A stretch of DNA of 32,000 bases from NCBI RefSeq assembly GCF_001465295.1, contig NZ_CP011034.1:60001-92000 (forward strand), read 5' to 3'. The notes below the pieces were generated by a model. It worked only from the letters and a program-made list of their open reading frames with translations. It made no database searches and was not told the origin of the DNA. The position numbers and the translations under genes are program-made. Within the stretch, counting starts at the first letter, position 1, and the number at the start of each line of letters is the position of its first letter. This stretch comes from Pseudoalteromonas translucida KMM 520 (GTDB taxonomy: Bacteria > Pseudomonadota > Gammaproteobacteria > Enterobacterales > Alteromonadaceae). Of this stretch, positions 7,721-17,197 are shown piece by piece.

Positions 7721-10700
7721 ATGTCTAAAAATATAATAAAGAAAACAGCTATTGCCACTGCTGTCTCAAGCGCATTTATTGCAACACTTGCAAGTGCAAG
7801 CAACTTACCTACGGCTAATATTACTTATCAAAAAGCTGAAGCAGTAAAAGAACAAGTTGCAGATAAAAAAGAACCATCGGCACATATGATTGTATTACGC
7901 GCTACCACATCAGTAGATGCCTATGTTGCAGGTACTTACCAGCAATCAAATAATCGTGAAATTACAGCTAATATAGAGCAACTTCAAGACACTATGACTC
8001 TTGAGTTAAATAGCTTAGATTTTGATGCAAAAATAATTGGTAAAACCAAAATATTAGCACCTACGTTAATCGTTCAAGCTTCAGCTGAAGCACTTGCTAA
8101 AATTGCTAAAGATTCACGAGTAGCAAAAGTATTACCTATGTTCGATAGCGAACTGCATGTTGCAGCAAGCTCTGACTATATTAATGCAAAACCACTTATT
8201 GTAGACGGTATTGCAAGTGGTAAAGGTCAACGTGTTGCGGTATTAGATACGGGTATTGATTACACTCACCAAGCATTTGGTGGTGAAGGTACAGTTGAAG
8301 CATATTTAGCAGCGCAAGCAGATCCTACTACAGTGGCTTGGCCTCAAGGTGTTGTTAAAGGTGGCTACGACTTTATTAATGAAGACGCTGATCCGATAGA
8401 GAACGACCCTGCTAATTCTCCAGCAACAGGGGCTCCAACAAACCATGGTACTTCATCTTCAAACTCAGTAAATGGTATTGCGCCAGACGTTGAGCTTTAT
8501 GTTTACTCTGTATGTGGTGGCGGTTGTCCAAGTGCCGCGCAGGCTGCAGCATTAGAAGCTGCAATGGATCCTAATGGCGATGGTGATATTTCTGACCGTG
8601 TAGATGTAATGAATATGTCGCTTGGTGGCGAGTTTGGCGACACATATACTGGCGGCGGTACACAATACTTAATTCAGCGTGCTGTTGAATTAGGCGTTAA
8701 TATGGTTATTTCTGCGGGTAATGATGGCGATAATCCATTCCGTATCGGTGGCCCAAGTACCACACCTAATGCCTTATCTGTTGGTGCAATGACTCATCCT
8801 ACAACAGAAATAGGTGTTGCTACAGGTACTATTGCTGGCGTTGAAGGTAATATTCAGCCATCAAGCTTTGGTCCTCAAGAAGCTTATACAATAACAGGCG
8901 CAGACATTGAGTTAGTTTATCCAGACGCAAACCAAAATGGTTGTGTTGCCTTTGCTGCCGATGTTGATTTTACCGGTAAAGCTGTATTAATAGACCGTGG
9001 TGCTTGTGCATTTACCGACAAAGTATTAAACGCACAAACAAATGGTGCAGAGTTTGTGATGATTGCAAACAATACTGATGATGGCACACCAGCTCCTATG
9101 GGTGGTTTTGATGCTGATGTAACAATTAAAAATGTAGGCATTAATTTTGCTGCAGGTGCGGCTTTAAAAGCTCAATTAACTGCAGGTGAGCCAGCAACAT
9201 TTGATATTAGCATTGACATTAAAACTACATCTGGCGCTGTAGCTACGTTCTCATCTCGTGGTCCTTCAATGGATGGTTTATTAAAACCAGAAATTACTGC
9301 ACCAGGTACTAGTATTGATGTTGCAGCAGCAGGTACTCAAACTGGTACTAACCCAGTTTCAGGTACATCTTTCTCAGGTCCAATTACTGCTGGTGCTGTT
9401 GCGATGATTCGTGAAGCGCATCCAGATCGTAATGCCTTTGAGATTAAAGCAACAATAATGAATGCGGCTAATTTAAATGTAACAAACGAGCCGTTAGCAA
9501 TAAACCCTGCTTCAGAATTAGCACCTATTAGTATGATTGGCGCTGGTTTAGTTGATGTAGCTAAAGCGGTTAATTTACCGGTTGCTGCATGGGTAAATAA
9601 CGCTAAGTTTAATACCAAGCAAGCAGCGCTTTCATTTGGCTTAGAAAGCATGACAGAAACTGCATCGTTAACTAAAACGGTAACAGTTAAGAACTTCTCA
9701 GCTGACGCTAAAACTTATAACCTACGTACAGAGGCGCGTTACCAGAGCGATATAGACACTGCGGCTATTAGCTGGGACTTCCCTGCATCAATTACTGTAC
9801 CTGCAGGCCAAGCTATTAATTTCGACGTAGTATTAACCGTTGATCCAGCTAAGTTACCAGAGTGGAATCTAAATAACCCATTTAGCGCAGAGGAAGTTGC
9901 AGCAAGAAGTGCAGCATTAACCTCAGTAGAGTTTGATGGTGCTTTGGTGTTTGATGATGCCAGCACAGATACTGACCATGATTTACATCTTGTTTATCAT
10001 GCAATGCCTAAAGCAGCTACTGAGCTAAGCGTTTCATCGCAAATCGTCGATAGTGAAATGGCTCTTGTTGTTACAAATAGTGGTCAAACTGAAATTATGC
10101 CACAAGCAGAAAGCATTGTTGCAGTGGGTGTTGAGAAAACATTTGCAGAAGCTGAATTTAATATTCTAGCAACTACTTTCTCGGCGTTTAATGCAGAGTT
10201 TTGTGACTCAGGCATATTTGTTACCTCATCGATTCAACTACGTGACCCACTAACGCATACCTTCCAAGCGGGTTACAGATTAGAAATTGATACCGATAAT
10301 GACGGTGTAGCAGATCAGTTTATGACAAACTTAAACGACCGTGGCCGCGATACAGCGTTCCCTGGGCGTAGCCGTACGCTAATTGGTGAGACAGATGGCG
10401 CGGGTAATGATTCATGGGCGTGGGGCACTCCGCTTTATCACTCTGCGGGAGAGGACACCATTACCTTCTCTGGTTGTTCTGAACTACTTAATATAGATGG
10501 GACATTACTAGGCGAACAGATGAACTTTAAAGCATCTGTGGGTTATGCTGCATATCAAAGTGGTGTATTTACAGAAACTGATAGTGTTACAGGTTCAACT
10601 GTATTTGGTATGCAACCTCAAGTAGCGTTTACCTCGCTTGAAACAGGTGAAGCAGTTACAACACTTAAACCAGGTGAAAAAGCAGTTGTTACAGCAAGTG

Positions 10701-11185
10701 GTCCATTTGCGCTAACACAGGCTTCAGGCTTAGATGTTGTTAAAGTGATGGCAGCTGCTGATTTAGAGGTTCCAGATGTTTCAGCGCCAGCGCTTGTTGG
10801 TGGTGAGTTTACTGTTTCTGAAGATGCAGCAAACGGTACCGTAGTAGGTGCTTTAACAGTTACAGAGTCTGAATTTGATTTAGCTATTTCAGAGTACTTC
10901 GTTCAGTCAAATACTCACCAAGGTTTGGGTATTGATGCCGATGGTCAAGTTGTTGTTACTAACACAGCTTTACTGACAGGTGATTCTTCAGCTGAGATAC
11001 AAGTAGTGGCAATTGATACACGTGGTAATGTATCAGAGCCTGCAATGGTTACGGTTAGTATTACTAAAGTAGTACCACCACCGGTTGTTGTAACACCAGA
11101 GCCAGAGAAAAAATCTTCGGGTTCATTAGCTTGGTTATTACTTACTGCGCCGCTTGCATTTATGCGTCGTCGTAAGCAAAAGTAA
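7721..11185 (+). CDS. Secreted multidomain S8 subtilisin-family serine protease (I9 propeptide, PA insert, cadherin-like repeat, GlyGly-CTERM-like tail)
   Basis: Signal peptide ...ATLASA-SN. Catalytic motifs are RVAVLDTGIDYTH (Asp), NHGTSSS (His), ISAGNDG (oxyanion Asn) and SGTSFSGPITAG (Ser). A PA-domain insert (GKAVLIDRGACAFTDKVLNAQTNGAEFVMIANN) lies between Asn and Ser. A cadherin-like repeat spans about 10778-11068. The C-terminus reads SSGSLAWLLLTAPLAFMRRRKQK. Confidence 0.9.
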   Translation: MSKNIIKKTAIATAVSSAFIATLASASNLPTANITYQKAEAVKEQVADKKEPSAHMIVLRATTSVDAYVAGTYQQSNNREITANIEQLQDTMTLELNSLDFDAKIIGKTKILAPTLIVQASAEALAKIAKDSRVAKVLPMFDSELHVAASSDYINAKPLIVDGIASGKGQRVAVLDTGIDYTHQAFGGEGTVEAYLAAQADPTTVAWPQGVVKGGYDFINEDADPIENDPANSPATGAPTNHGTSSSNSVNGIAPDVELYVYSVCGGGCPSAAQAAALEAAMDPNGDGDISDRVDVMNMSLGGEFGDTYTGGGTQYLIQRAVELGVNMVISAGNDGDNPFRIGGPSTTPNALSVGAMTHPTTEIGVATGTIAGVEGNIQPSSFGPQEAYTITGADIELVYPDANQNGCVAFAADVDFTGKAVLIDRGACAFTDKVLNAQTNGAEFVMIANNTDDGTPAPMGGFDADVTIKNVGINFAAGAALKAQLTAGEPATFDISIDIKTTSGAVATFSSRGPSMDGLLKPEITAPGTSIDVAAAGTQTGTNPVSGTSFSGPITAGAVAMIREAHPDRNAFEIKATIMNAANLNVTNEPLAINPASELAPISMIGAGLVDVAKAVNLPVAAWVNNAKFNTKQAALSFGLESMTETASLTKTVTVKNFSADAKTYNLRTEARYQSDIDTAAISWDFPASITVPAGQAINFDVVLTVDPAKLPEWNLNNPFSAEEVAARSAALTSVEFDGALVFDDASTDTDHDLHLVYHAMPKAATELSVSSQIVDSEMALVVTNSGQTEIMPQAESIVAVGVEKTFAEAEFNILATTFSAFNAEFCDSGIFVTSSIQLRDPLTHTFQAGYRLEIDTDNDGVADQFMTNLNDRGRDTAFPGRSRTLIGETDGAGNDSWAWGTPLYHSAGEDTITFSGCSELLNIDGTLLGEQMNFKASVGYAAYQSGVFTETDSVTGSTVFGMQPQVAFTSLETGEAVTTLKPGEKAVVTASGPFALTQASGLDVVKVMAAADLEVPDVSAPALVGGEFTVSEDAANGTVVGALTVTESEFDLAISEYFVQSNTHQGLGIDADGQVVVTNTALLTGDSSAEIQVVAIDTRGNVSEPAMVTVSITKVVPPPVVVTPEPEKKSSGSLAWLLLTAPLAFMRRRKQK

Positions 11186-11208
11186 GCTTATAACTTAATT
11201 GTTACTTA

Positions 11209-11232
11209 GAGGGAGCTTCGGCTCCCTTTTTA
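11209..11232 (+). terminator. Intrinsic terminator after the subtilase gene
   Basis: gggagc (11211-11216), ttcg loop, gctccc (11221-11226), then TTTTT. Confidence 0.85.
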
Positions 11233-11265
11233 TTTAGCTAATCAAATAAGTAAAGGCTTTATCTT

Positions 11266-13440
11266 ATGAGACATATCCCTTGTGTTCTAGCTATATCATC
11301 TTTAGCTATTTTAAGTGGTTGCAATCAGGCGCCCGAAGCAGTCCAAGCAAACGTTATAAGTACTACAGCAGAGCAGTTACCTCAAGTTGTTGCACCTATA
11401 GCTAAAAAAGTACCGCACGCCATGACCATTCATGGCGATACCCGCATTGATAATTACTATTGGCTGCGTGACGATGAACGCAAAGCAGCCGATGTTATTA
11501 GTTACCTTGAGGCTGAAAATAGCTACACAAATACCTTGCTCGCTCATACTCAAGCGCAGCAAGCTAAACTGTTTGCTGAGCTTAAAGGGCGTATTCAAAA
11601 AGATGACGATTCAGTACCGGTAAAAAAAGGTGATTATTATTACTCGTCGCAAACTCGTGGCAATAACGAGTACACTACTTATGTGCGTAGCAGTGACTTT
11701 TCAGGAACTAACCAACAGGTTATTTTAGATGTAAATGAACTTGCTAAGGCTCATGACTATTATGCTGTAAGTGGTTTAGATGTGAGTCCAAACGGTAACT
11801 TAATGGCTTACGGCGAAGACACTCTCAGTAGACGTATTTATACCGTTAAAATTAAAAATTTAAGCACCGGGAGGCTACTCGAAGATACGCTTGAAGGCAC
11901 AAGTGGCAATCTTGTTTGGGCAAACGATAACAAAACATTGTATTACATTAAAAAAGACTTACAGACTTTGCTAGGCTACCAGGTTTATCGCCATACTTTA
12001 GGTACGCCGCAGGCCAATGACGAACTAGTTTACGAAGAAACAGACTCAAGCTATTACACAGGATTAAGTAAAAGCAAAGACGGTACTGAAATTTATATTT
12101 GGCACAGTAGTAGCACTGCATCGGGTATGTCGGTGCTTAGCGCAAATAACGTTAAAGCAATGCCTCAACGCTTAATTAAACGCCAAGCGAATCTTGAATA
12201 TAGTATTTCTAAATTAGGTGAGAGTTATTATATTGTCACTAATTTAAATGCGGTTAATTTTCAGCTAATGAAAGTCGCTATTAATAAAGCCCATGATCAA
12301 GCAAACTGGCAAACGCTGATCCCAGCACGTGATGATATTAAGCTAGAGGGGATAGAGTTATTTAATGACTATTTGGTTTACCAACAGCGCGAAATGGGAC
12401 AATCGCGACAAATAGTGCGCAATTTAAGCACCAATCAAGAGCAGTTATTATCTTTTAACGACAGTGCCTACACTATTAGTGCTTATGGTAATAACGATAT
12501 AAACAGCGATAAGTTACGTGTTTACTATACGAGTATGACCACGCCGGGTTCATCTTACGATATAAACCTAAAAACGACGGATAAAACGCTTTTAAAACAA
12601 CAAGCCGTACTAGGCAATTTTAATGTTGATAATTACGCATCTGAACGAATATTTATTAACGCCCGCGATGGTGTAAAAGTACCCGTAAGCTTAGTTTATC
12701 GTAAAGATAAATTTAAAAAAGATGCGACGAATCCATTACTACAATATGGTTATGGCTCGTATGGCGCCACTATGGATCCAACTTTTTCAAGCGCGCGTTT
12801 AAGTTTGCTTGACCGTGGCTTTGTGTTTGCAATTGCACATGTTCGTGGCTCGCAAATGTTAGGTCGTCCCTGGTATGACGATGGTAAGTTACTTACTAAA
12901 AAGAATACGTTTAATGACTTTATAGATGTGACTAAATCATTGGTAGCACAAGGTTATGGCGCTAAAGACAAAATATTTGCCCAAGGCGGTAGCGCTGGTG
13001 GCTTATTGATGGGCGCTGTAGCAAACCAAGCTCCTGAACTTTACAAAGGTATGGTTGCCGCAGTACCTTTTGTGGATGTGGTTACAACCATGCTTGATGA
13101 AAGTATTCCACTAACAACTAACGAATATGGTGAGTGGGGAAACCCAAATGAAAAAGAATACTATGAGTACATGCTATCTTACTCGCCGTACGATCAAGTG
13201 TCTAAGCAAGCTTACCCTAATATGCTAGTAACTACGGGTCTGCACGACTCGCAAGTACAGTATTTTGAGCCAGCAAAGTGGGTTGCTAAGCTGCGTGATT
13301 ATAAAACAGATGACAATAAGTTACTGTTTAAAATTGATATGGAAGCAGGGCATGGCGGTGCATCAGGGCGCTTTAAGCGCTTAGAAGATACCGCGCTAAA
13401 CTATGCATTTATGCTCGATTTAATGGGCATTAAAGAGTAA
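11266..13440 (+). CDS. ptrB: Oligopeptidase B (S9A prolyl oligopeptidase family), predicted lipoprotein
   Basis: 724 aa. N-terminal beta-propeller region (YYWLRDDER, LEAEN), catalytic GGSAGGLLMG serine motif and C-terminal GHGG. Lipobox LAILSG-C, with the Cys codon at 11320-11322. Confidence 0.85.
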   Translation: MRHIPCVLAISSLAILSGCNQAPEAVQANVISTTAEQLPQVVAPIAKKVPHAMTIHGDTRIDNYYWLRDDERKAADVISYLEAENSYTNTLLAHTQAQQAKLFAELKGRIQKDDDSVPVKKGDYYYSSQTRGNNEYTTYVRSSDFSGTNQQVILDVNELAKAHDYYAVSGLDVSPNGNLMAYGEDTLSRRIYTVKIKNLSTGRLLEDTLEGTSGNLVWANDNKTLYYIKKDLQTLLGYQVYRHTLGTPQANDELVYEETDSSYYTGLSKSKDGTEIYIWHSSSTASGMSVLSANNVKAMPQRLIKRQANLEYSISKLGESYYIVTNLNAVNFQLMKVAINKAHDQANWQTLIPARDDIKLEGIELFNDYLVYQQREMGQSRQIVRNLSTNQEQLLSFNDSAYTISAYGNNDINSDKLRVYYTSMTTPGSSYDINLKTTDKTLLKQQAVLGNFNVDNYASERIFINARDGVKVPVSLVYRKDKFKKDATNPLLQYGYGSYGATMDPTFSSARLSLLDRGFVFAIAHVRGSQMLGRPWYDDGKLLTKKNTFNDFIDVTKSLVAQGYGAKDKIFAQGGSAGGLLMGAVANQAPELYKGMVAAVPFVDVVTTMLDESIPLTTNEYGEWGNPNEKEYYEYMLSYSPYDQVSKQAYPNMLVTTGLHDSQVQYFEPAKWVAKLRDYKTDDNKLLFKIDMEAGHGGASGRFKRLEDTALNYAFMLDLMGIKE

Positions 13441-13469
13441 TTAAAGTACAACCATTGGGTAATAAGCTA

Positions 13470-13503
13470 AAGGCATCATTTAAAAGTGATGCCTTAATTT
13501 ATT
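13470..13503 (+). terminator. Intrinsic terminator after ptrB
   Basis: aaggcatca (13470-13478) pairs with tgatgcctt (13487-13495). The loop is 8 nt and the tail is T-rich. Confidence 0.65.
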
Positions 13504-13595
13504 ACTAAGTTAGCTAAATAAGTTTATAAACTGAGTTATAGTTATGAGATATACACTTACACTTACGCAAAAATAGTAAATATAAGGATCGCGTT

Positions 13596-13961
13596 ATGCA
13601 TGATGAGCAACAGCTGGAACCCGTCAAAAAAGATGACCGCACATGGGCAATGCTTTGTCATTTAAGTGCCTTATCTGGATTTATTGTGCCATTAGGCTCT
13701 GTAATTGGGCCGTTAATTGTGTGGTTAATAAAAAAAGATGACATGCCGATTGTTGATGTTCATGGCAAAAAAGCACTCAACTTTCAAATCACTATGATGA
13801 TTGCTTACTTTGTGTGTTTTCTTTTAATGTTTGTTGTTATTGGTGTAATTTTACTGCCAATAGTCGCTATATTTTCGTTTGTAATGGTGATTATTGCTGC
13901 GGTTAAAGCCAATGATGGTAAAGAGTTTGACTACCCGTTGAGTTTAAATTTGATAAAATAG
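13596..13961 (+). CDS. DUF4870 domain-containing membrane protein
   Basis: The pattern DRTWAMLCHLSALSGFIVPLGSVIGPLIVWLIKKDDMPIVDVHGKKALNFQIT is the characteristic DUF4870 N-terminal pattern. AAGGA SD lies upstream. Confidence 0.7.
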   Translation: MHDEQQLEPVKKDDRTWAMLCHLSALSGFIVPLGSVIGPLIVWLIKKDDMPIVDVHGKKALNFQITMMIAYFVCFLLMFVVIGVILLPIVAIFSFVMVIIAAVKANDGKEFDYPLSLNLIK

Positions 13962-13989
13962 CAATGTCGGTTTGTTAATTGCGTATTTT

Positions 13990-14019
13990 AAACCCAGCTT
14001 TTGCTGGGTTTATTTTTTA
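13990..14019 (+). terminator. Intrinsic terminator after the DUF4870 gene
   Basis: aaacccagc (13990-13998), tttt loop, gctgggttt (14003-14011), then ATTTTTT. Confidence 0.8.
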
Positions 14020-14044
14020 TTTACTCCCTATTGTTAAGGATACT

Positions 14045-14479
14045 ATGCTTTATCTCACGCTGTTTTTTAGCGCTTTTATATCGGCTACTTTATTGCCCAG
14101 CTCGTCAGAGGTGGTAATGGTAGCTATGATGACCCAAGGTAAAGTAAATTTATTGTTGTTATGGCTAGCTGCCACTTTGGGCAATGTACTAGGGAGTTGC
14201 GTTAATTACTGGTTGGGTACTCAAGTACTACGCTTTAAAGATAAAAGCTGGTTTCCAGTGTCAGAGCAGGGGCTTGAAAAAGCACAAAAGCAGTTTAATA
14301 AATACGGTGTATATAGTTTATTATTTGCCTGGTTGCCTATAGTTGGCGATCCGCTTACCGTAATAGGGGGGGTATTTAAAGTGCGTTTTAGTACGTTTTT
14401 ATTGTTGGTAACACTAGGTAAGGGGGCACGCTACTTAGCCGTTATCACCCTTACCTTAGGTGTCGAAAAACTTATTTAA
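14045..14479 (+). CDS. yqaA: YqaA-family (DedA/VTT-related) inner membrane protein
   Basis: From ATG 14045: MLYLTLFFSAFISATLLPSSSEVVMVAMM...LPIVGDPLTVIGG...GKGARYLAV. It is collinear with my recollection of E. coli YqaA. The track's TTG start at 13979 would place the 13990-14019 terminator inside the CDS, so I rejected it. Confidence 0.8.
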   Translation: MLYLTLFFSAFISATLLPSSSEVVMVAMMTQGKVNLLLLWLAATLGNVLGSCVNYWLGTQVLRFKDKSWFPVSEQGLEKAQKQFNKYGVYSLLFAWLPIVGDPLTVIGGVFKVRFSTFLLLVTLGKGARYLAVITLTLGVEKLI

Positions 14480-14517
14480 GCTTTCCTACTTATTCTAAAT
14501 TAATTGCTCCACACGTA

Positions 14518-14874
14518 TTATTTAGCCCAATCTAACGTCAAAGACACAGAATCGGCAAAGCGTAGTGCATGCGGTTTATCTACGCGAGCCTTAGCATAAT
14601 GAACACTTGGGTGTGAATGACAAACAGCAAGAATTTCAGCAACCAGTTTTTCGAGTAATAAAAAGTCGCCTTGTTCCACTAAAGTGATTACTTCTTTGGT
14701 AATTACTTTGTAGTTTAGTGCTTGATCTACTTCATCGGTTTTACAGGCGTCGTGTGCAGGGTAATGAATTTCTAAGTTAATCACTACATCCTGCTTTTTC
14801 TCGCGCTCTTCTTGATTAAAGCCAATAAAAGTACGCAGTCGTAAATTGGTTACGTTAATAATTGCATTAGCCAT
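14518..14874 (-). CDS. folX: Dihydroneopterin triphosphate 2'-epimerase
   Basis: 118 aa. Motifs NLRLRTFIGFNQEEREKKQDVVINLEIHYPA...ALNYKVITKEV...LLEKL...HALRFADSVSLTLDW align end to end with remembered E. coli FolX. Confidence 0.85.
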   Translation of the reverse strand: MANAIINVTNLRLRTFIGFNQEEREKKQDVVINLEIHYPAHDACKTDEVDQALNYKVITKEVITLVEQGDFLLLEKLVAEILAVCHSHPSVHYAKARVDKPHALRFADSVSLTLDWAK

Positions 14875-14877
14875 AAG

Positions 14878-15432
14878 TTAGCCTTTTATTAGCTGCAAAA
14901 ACTCATTACGTGTTTTTGGATCGGCTCTAAAGTTACCTAGCATTACAGAGGTACGCATACTTGAGTTTTGCTTTTCTACGCCGCGCATCATCATACACAT
15001 ATGTTTAGCTTCAACAATTACGCCAACCCCGGTTGCACCCGTTACTTCTTCAACGGCTTTAGCAATTTGATGAGTTAGTTGTTCTTGAATTTGAAAACGA
15101 CGGGCAAACATGTCAACAATACGGGCAAATTTAGACAAGCCTAATACTTTACCATTGGGAATATAAGCAATATGACAACGGCCAGTAAAAGGTAATAAAT
15201 GATGCTCACACATAGAGTAAAGCTCTATGTCTTGTACTAATACCATGTCGTCTGCATCTGAGGTAAATACGGCGTTATTAGTAATCTCTTCTAATGTTTG
15301 ACGATACCCTTGAGTTAGGTATTCCATTGCTTTAGCAGCACGTTTTGGCGTGTCGAGTAAGCCTTCTCTGTTAGGATCTTCCCCTACAGCGGTAATAATA
15401 TTTTCATAGCTTTGTTTTAGTTCGTTATGCAT
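14878..15432 (-). CDS. folE: GTP cyclohydrolase I (type 1)
   Basis: 184 aa with motifs [17 protein letters not shown] and HMCMMMRGV. It lies 3 bp upstream of folX. Confidence 0.92.
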   Translation of the reverse strand: MHNELKQSYENIITAVGEDPNREGLLDTPKRAAKAMEYLTQGYRQTLEEITNNAVFTSDADDMVLVQDIELYSMCEHHLLPFTGRCHIAYIPNGKVLGLSKFARIVDMFARRFQIQEQLTHQIAKAVEEVTGATGVGVIVEAKHMCMMMRGVEKQNSSMRTSVMLGNFRADPKTRNEFLQLIKG

Positions 15433-15458
15433 AAATTTCTCAGTTAATTTAGTTTGGT

Positions 15459-16178
15459 TTACTTTAAATGCCGACCACCATCTACAGGTATAGCGCGGCC
15501 TGTGATGTAGTGGCTATGTAATAGTAAATCAATACTATTGATTATTTCTTGGCATCCTGGCTCGATACCCATTAATGACTTTTTCAGCGTTTTAGCACGA
15601 TATTGTTCATCATCATGCTCATTAAAAATAATTAACGATGGTGCAACCGAATTTACTTTAATCTTAGGTGCGTACTTGGCGCTGAATGATTTGGTTAAGT
15701 TATCAAGCGCTGCTTTACTTGCGGCATAAGCGACATGTTTTGGGCTACCTGTTTCTACTACGTAATCGGTAAGATGAATAATATCTGCGGGAGTATTCAT
15801 CTCTGTTTGATAATTTAGTAATAAATCCGCACACAGTAAATTAATTAAATAAGGTGTCTTTGCATGAATTCGCATCATATTGTCAAACAGTTGCGCAAAG
15901 TTGGCATTATTAGCTTCGCAGTCCCAACTTGAAGCATTATGCAAAATAGCGCGTAGTGAGTTGGTATGCTCTTTAAGTACTTTAATAAAAGTGCTAATAC
16001 CATCATCAGTACTAAAGTCTGCATAAATGCATACAGCACCCTGCTGCTCCAGTAAATCAACCGCAGCGTGACGAGTACGATAGGTAATAATTATCGGCTG
16101 CCCTTGTGCAATAAAATGTTTAGCTAAAGCAAGGCCAATGCGTTGCCCAGCACCTGTAATTAAAATCTGTGGTGTCAT
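15459..16178 (-). CDS. folM: Dihydromonapterin reductase (SDR family)
   Basis: 239 aa. Motifs [60 protein letters not shown] and VDGGRHL are collinear with remembered E. coli FolM. Confidence 0.85.
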   Translation of the reverse strand: MTPQILITGAGQRIGLALAKHFIAQGQPIIITYRTRHAAVDLLEQQGAVCIYADFSTDDGISTFIKVLKEHTNSLRAILHNASSWDCEANNANFAQLFDNMMRIHAKTPYLINLLCADLLLNYQTEMNTPADIIHLTDYVVETGSPKHVAYAASKAALDNLTKSFSAKYAPKIKVNSVAPSLIIFNEHDDEQYRAKTLKKSLMGIEPGCQEIINSIDLLLHSHYITGRAIPVDGGRHLK

Positions 16179-16242
16179 ATATACTACAAAACTCTCTTTT
16201 GGCAGGGGATCAGCGTTAATACCAATTTAATTAAAATCTTAC

Positions 16243-16270
16243 GTAATACTTTAAGCGGTCGATCAGTCAA
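16243..16270 (-). promoter_or_regulatory. Candidate sigma-70 promoter for folM-folE-folX
   Basis: On the minus strand: TTGACT (16270-16265), a 16-nt spacer, then TATTAC (16248-16243), about 65 nt upstream of the folM ATG. A perfect 12-nt palindrome TATCGTACGATA sits just upstream at 16281-16292. Confidence 0.25.
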
Positions 16271-16301
16271 ACTACTCAGGTATCGTACGATAATTACTGT
16301 A

Positions 16302-17138
16302 TTAAAGCTCATCGTATATAGTTGGCACTGGTTGACGCTTATGTTGCGTACGCTGATAAATAGCGCTAAGTGTTTGCTCAACTTGTTGCGTAACCGGTTT
16401 GCCTTCTAAAAAGTCATCAATTTGCTCATAACTTAAACCTAACGCTTCTTCGTCGGTAAGTCCTGGGCGATCACTTTCTAAATCTGCGGTAGGTGCTTTA
16501 TTAACTAATATAGACGAAGCACCTAATGTACTCCCTAAAGCACGCACTTGGCGTTTTGATAAGCCAAAAAGCGGTGCTAAGTCACAAGCGCCATCACCAA
16601 ACTTGGTATAAAAGCCGGTAATATTCTCGGCACTGTGATCGGTTCCGACCACTAAACCTTGGCAAAATGCAGCAATTTCGTATTGTGCAATCATGCGTTG
16701 ACGGGCTTTAACATTACCCTTAATAAAATCAATTTTTTCTTGCTCAGGAAGTGATTCACCGTTACCAACAATAGCCGCCATTGTTTGTTCGTGTAGCGCA
16801 TCAGTTGCGGGCTTAATATTGACGGTCATGCGGCTGCTAGGTTGAATAAAATCAACCGCTAGTTGCGCTTCATTTTCGTCGGCTTGCACACCGTAAGGTA
16901 AGCGTACAGCAACAAATTTATAATCAGTAGTGCTTTGCTCTTGGTTAAGTTCATTAACAGCAAGTTGGCATAAACGACCGCACACTGAAGAGTCGACTCC
17001 GCCACTAATACCTAATACCAAAGACGTTGCATGGGCTGCTATTAAGCGGGCTTTAATAAAGTTAACACGACGGCTAATTTCAGCATTTACATCAATAACT
17101 GGCTGCACTTTCATTGCAGCCATAATCTCGGCGCGCAT
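16302..17138 (-). CDS. nadE: Ammonia-dependent NAD+ synthetase
   Basis: SGGVDSS PP-loop, [32 protein letters not shown] and HKR near the C-terminus. ATG at 17138, preceded by AAGGAG with 6-nt spacing, is preferred to the track's TTG at 17144. Confidence 0.92.
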   Translation of the reverse strand: MRAEIMAAMKVQPVIDVNAEISRRVNFIKARLIAAHATSLVLGISGGVDSSVCGRLCQLAVNELNQEQSTTDYKFVAVRLPYGVQADENEAQLAVDFIQPSSRMTVNIKPATDALHEQTMAAIVGNGESLPEQEKIDFIKGNVKARQRMIAQYEIAAFCQGLVVGTDHSAENITGFYTKFGDGACDLAPLFGLSKRQVRALGSTLGASSILVNKAPTADLESDRPGLTDEEALGLSYEQIDDFLEGKPVTQQVEQTLSAIYQRTQHKRQPVPTIYDEL

Positions 17139-17197
17139 GGCCAACTCCTTAGGGTTAAATAATTATTTCGCTCAGCAGAGCGCTTGTATTATGTGAT

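Noticed and set aside
8917-9966. Antisense ORFs inside the subtilase gene (8917-9141, 9337-9651, 9739-9966)
   Set aside because: These are typical shadow ORFs opposite a long Ala/Gly/Thr-rich gene. They have no starts with SD and no motifs.
13979-14044. TTG-initiated N-terminal extension of yqaA from the ORF track
   Set aside because: The extension contains the intrinsic terminator of the upstream gene (13990-14019). The E. coli YqaA alignment begins at the Met encoded at 14045.
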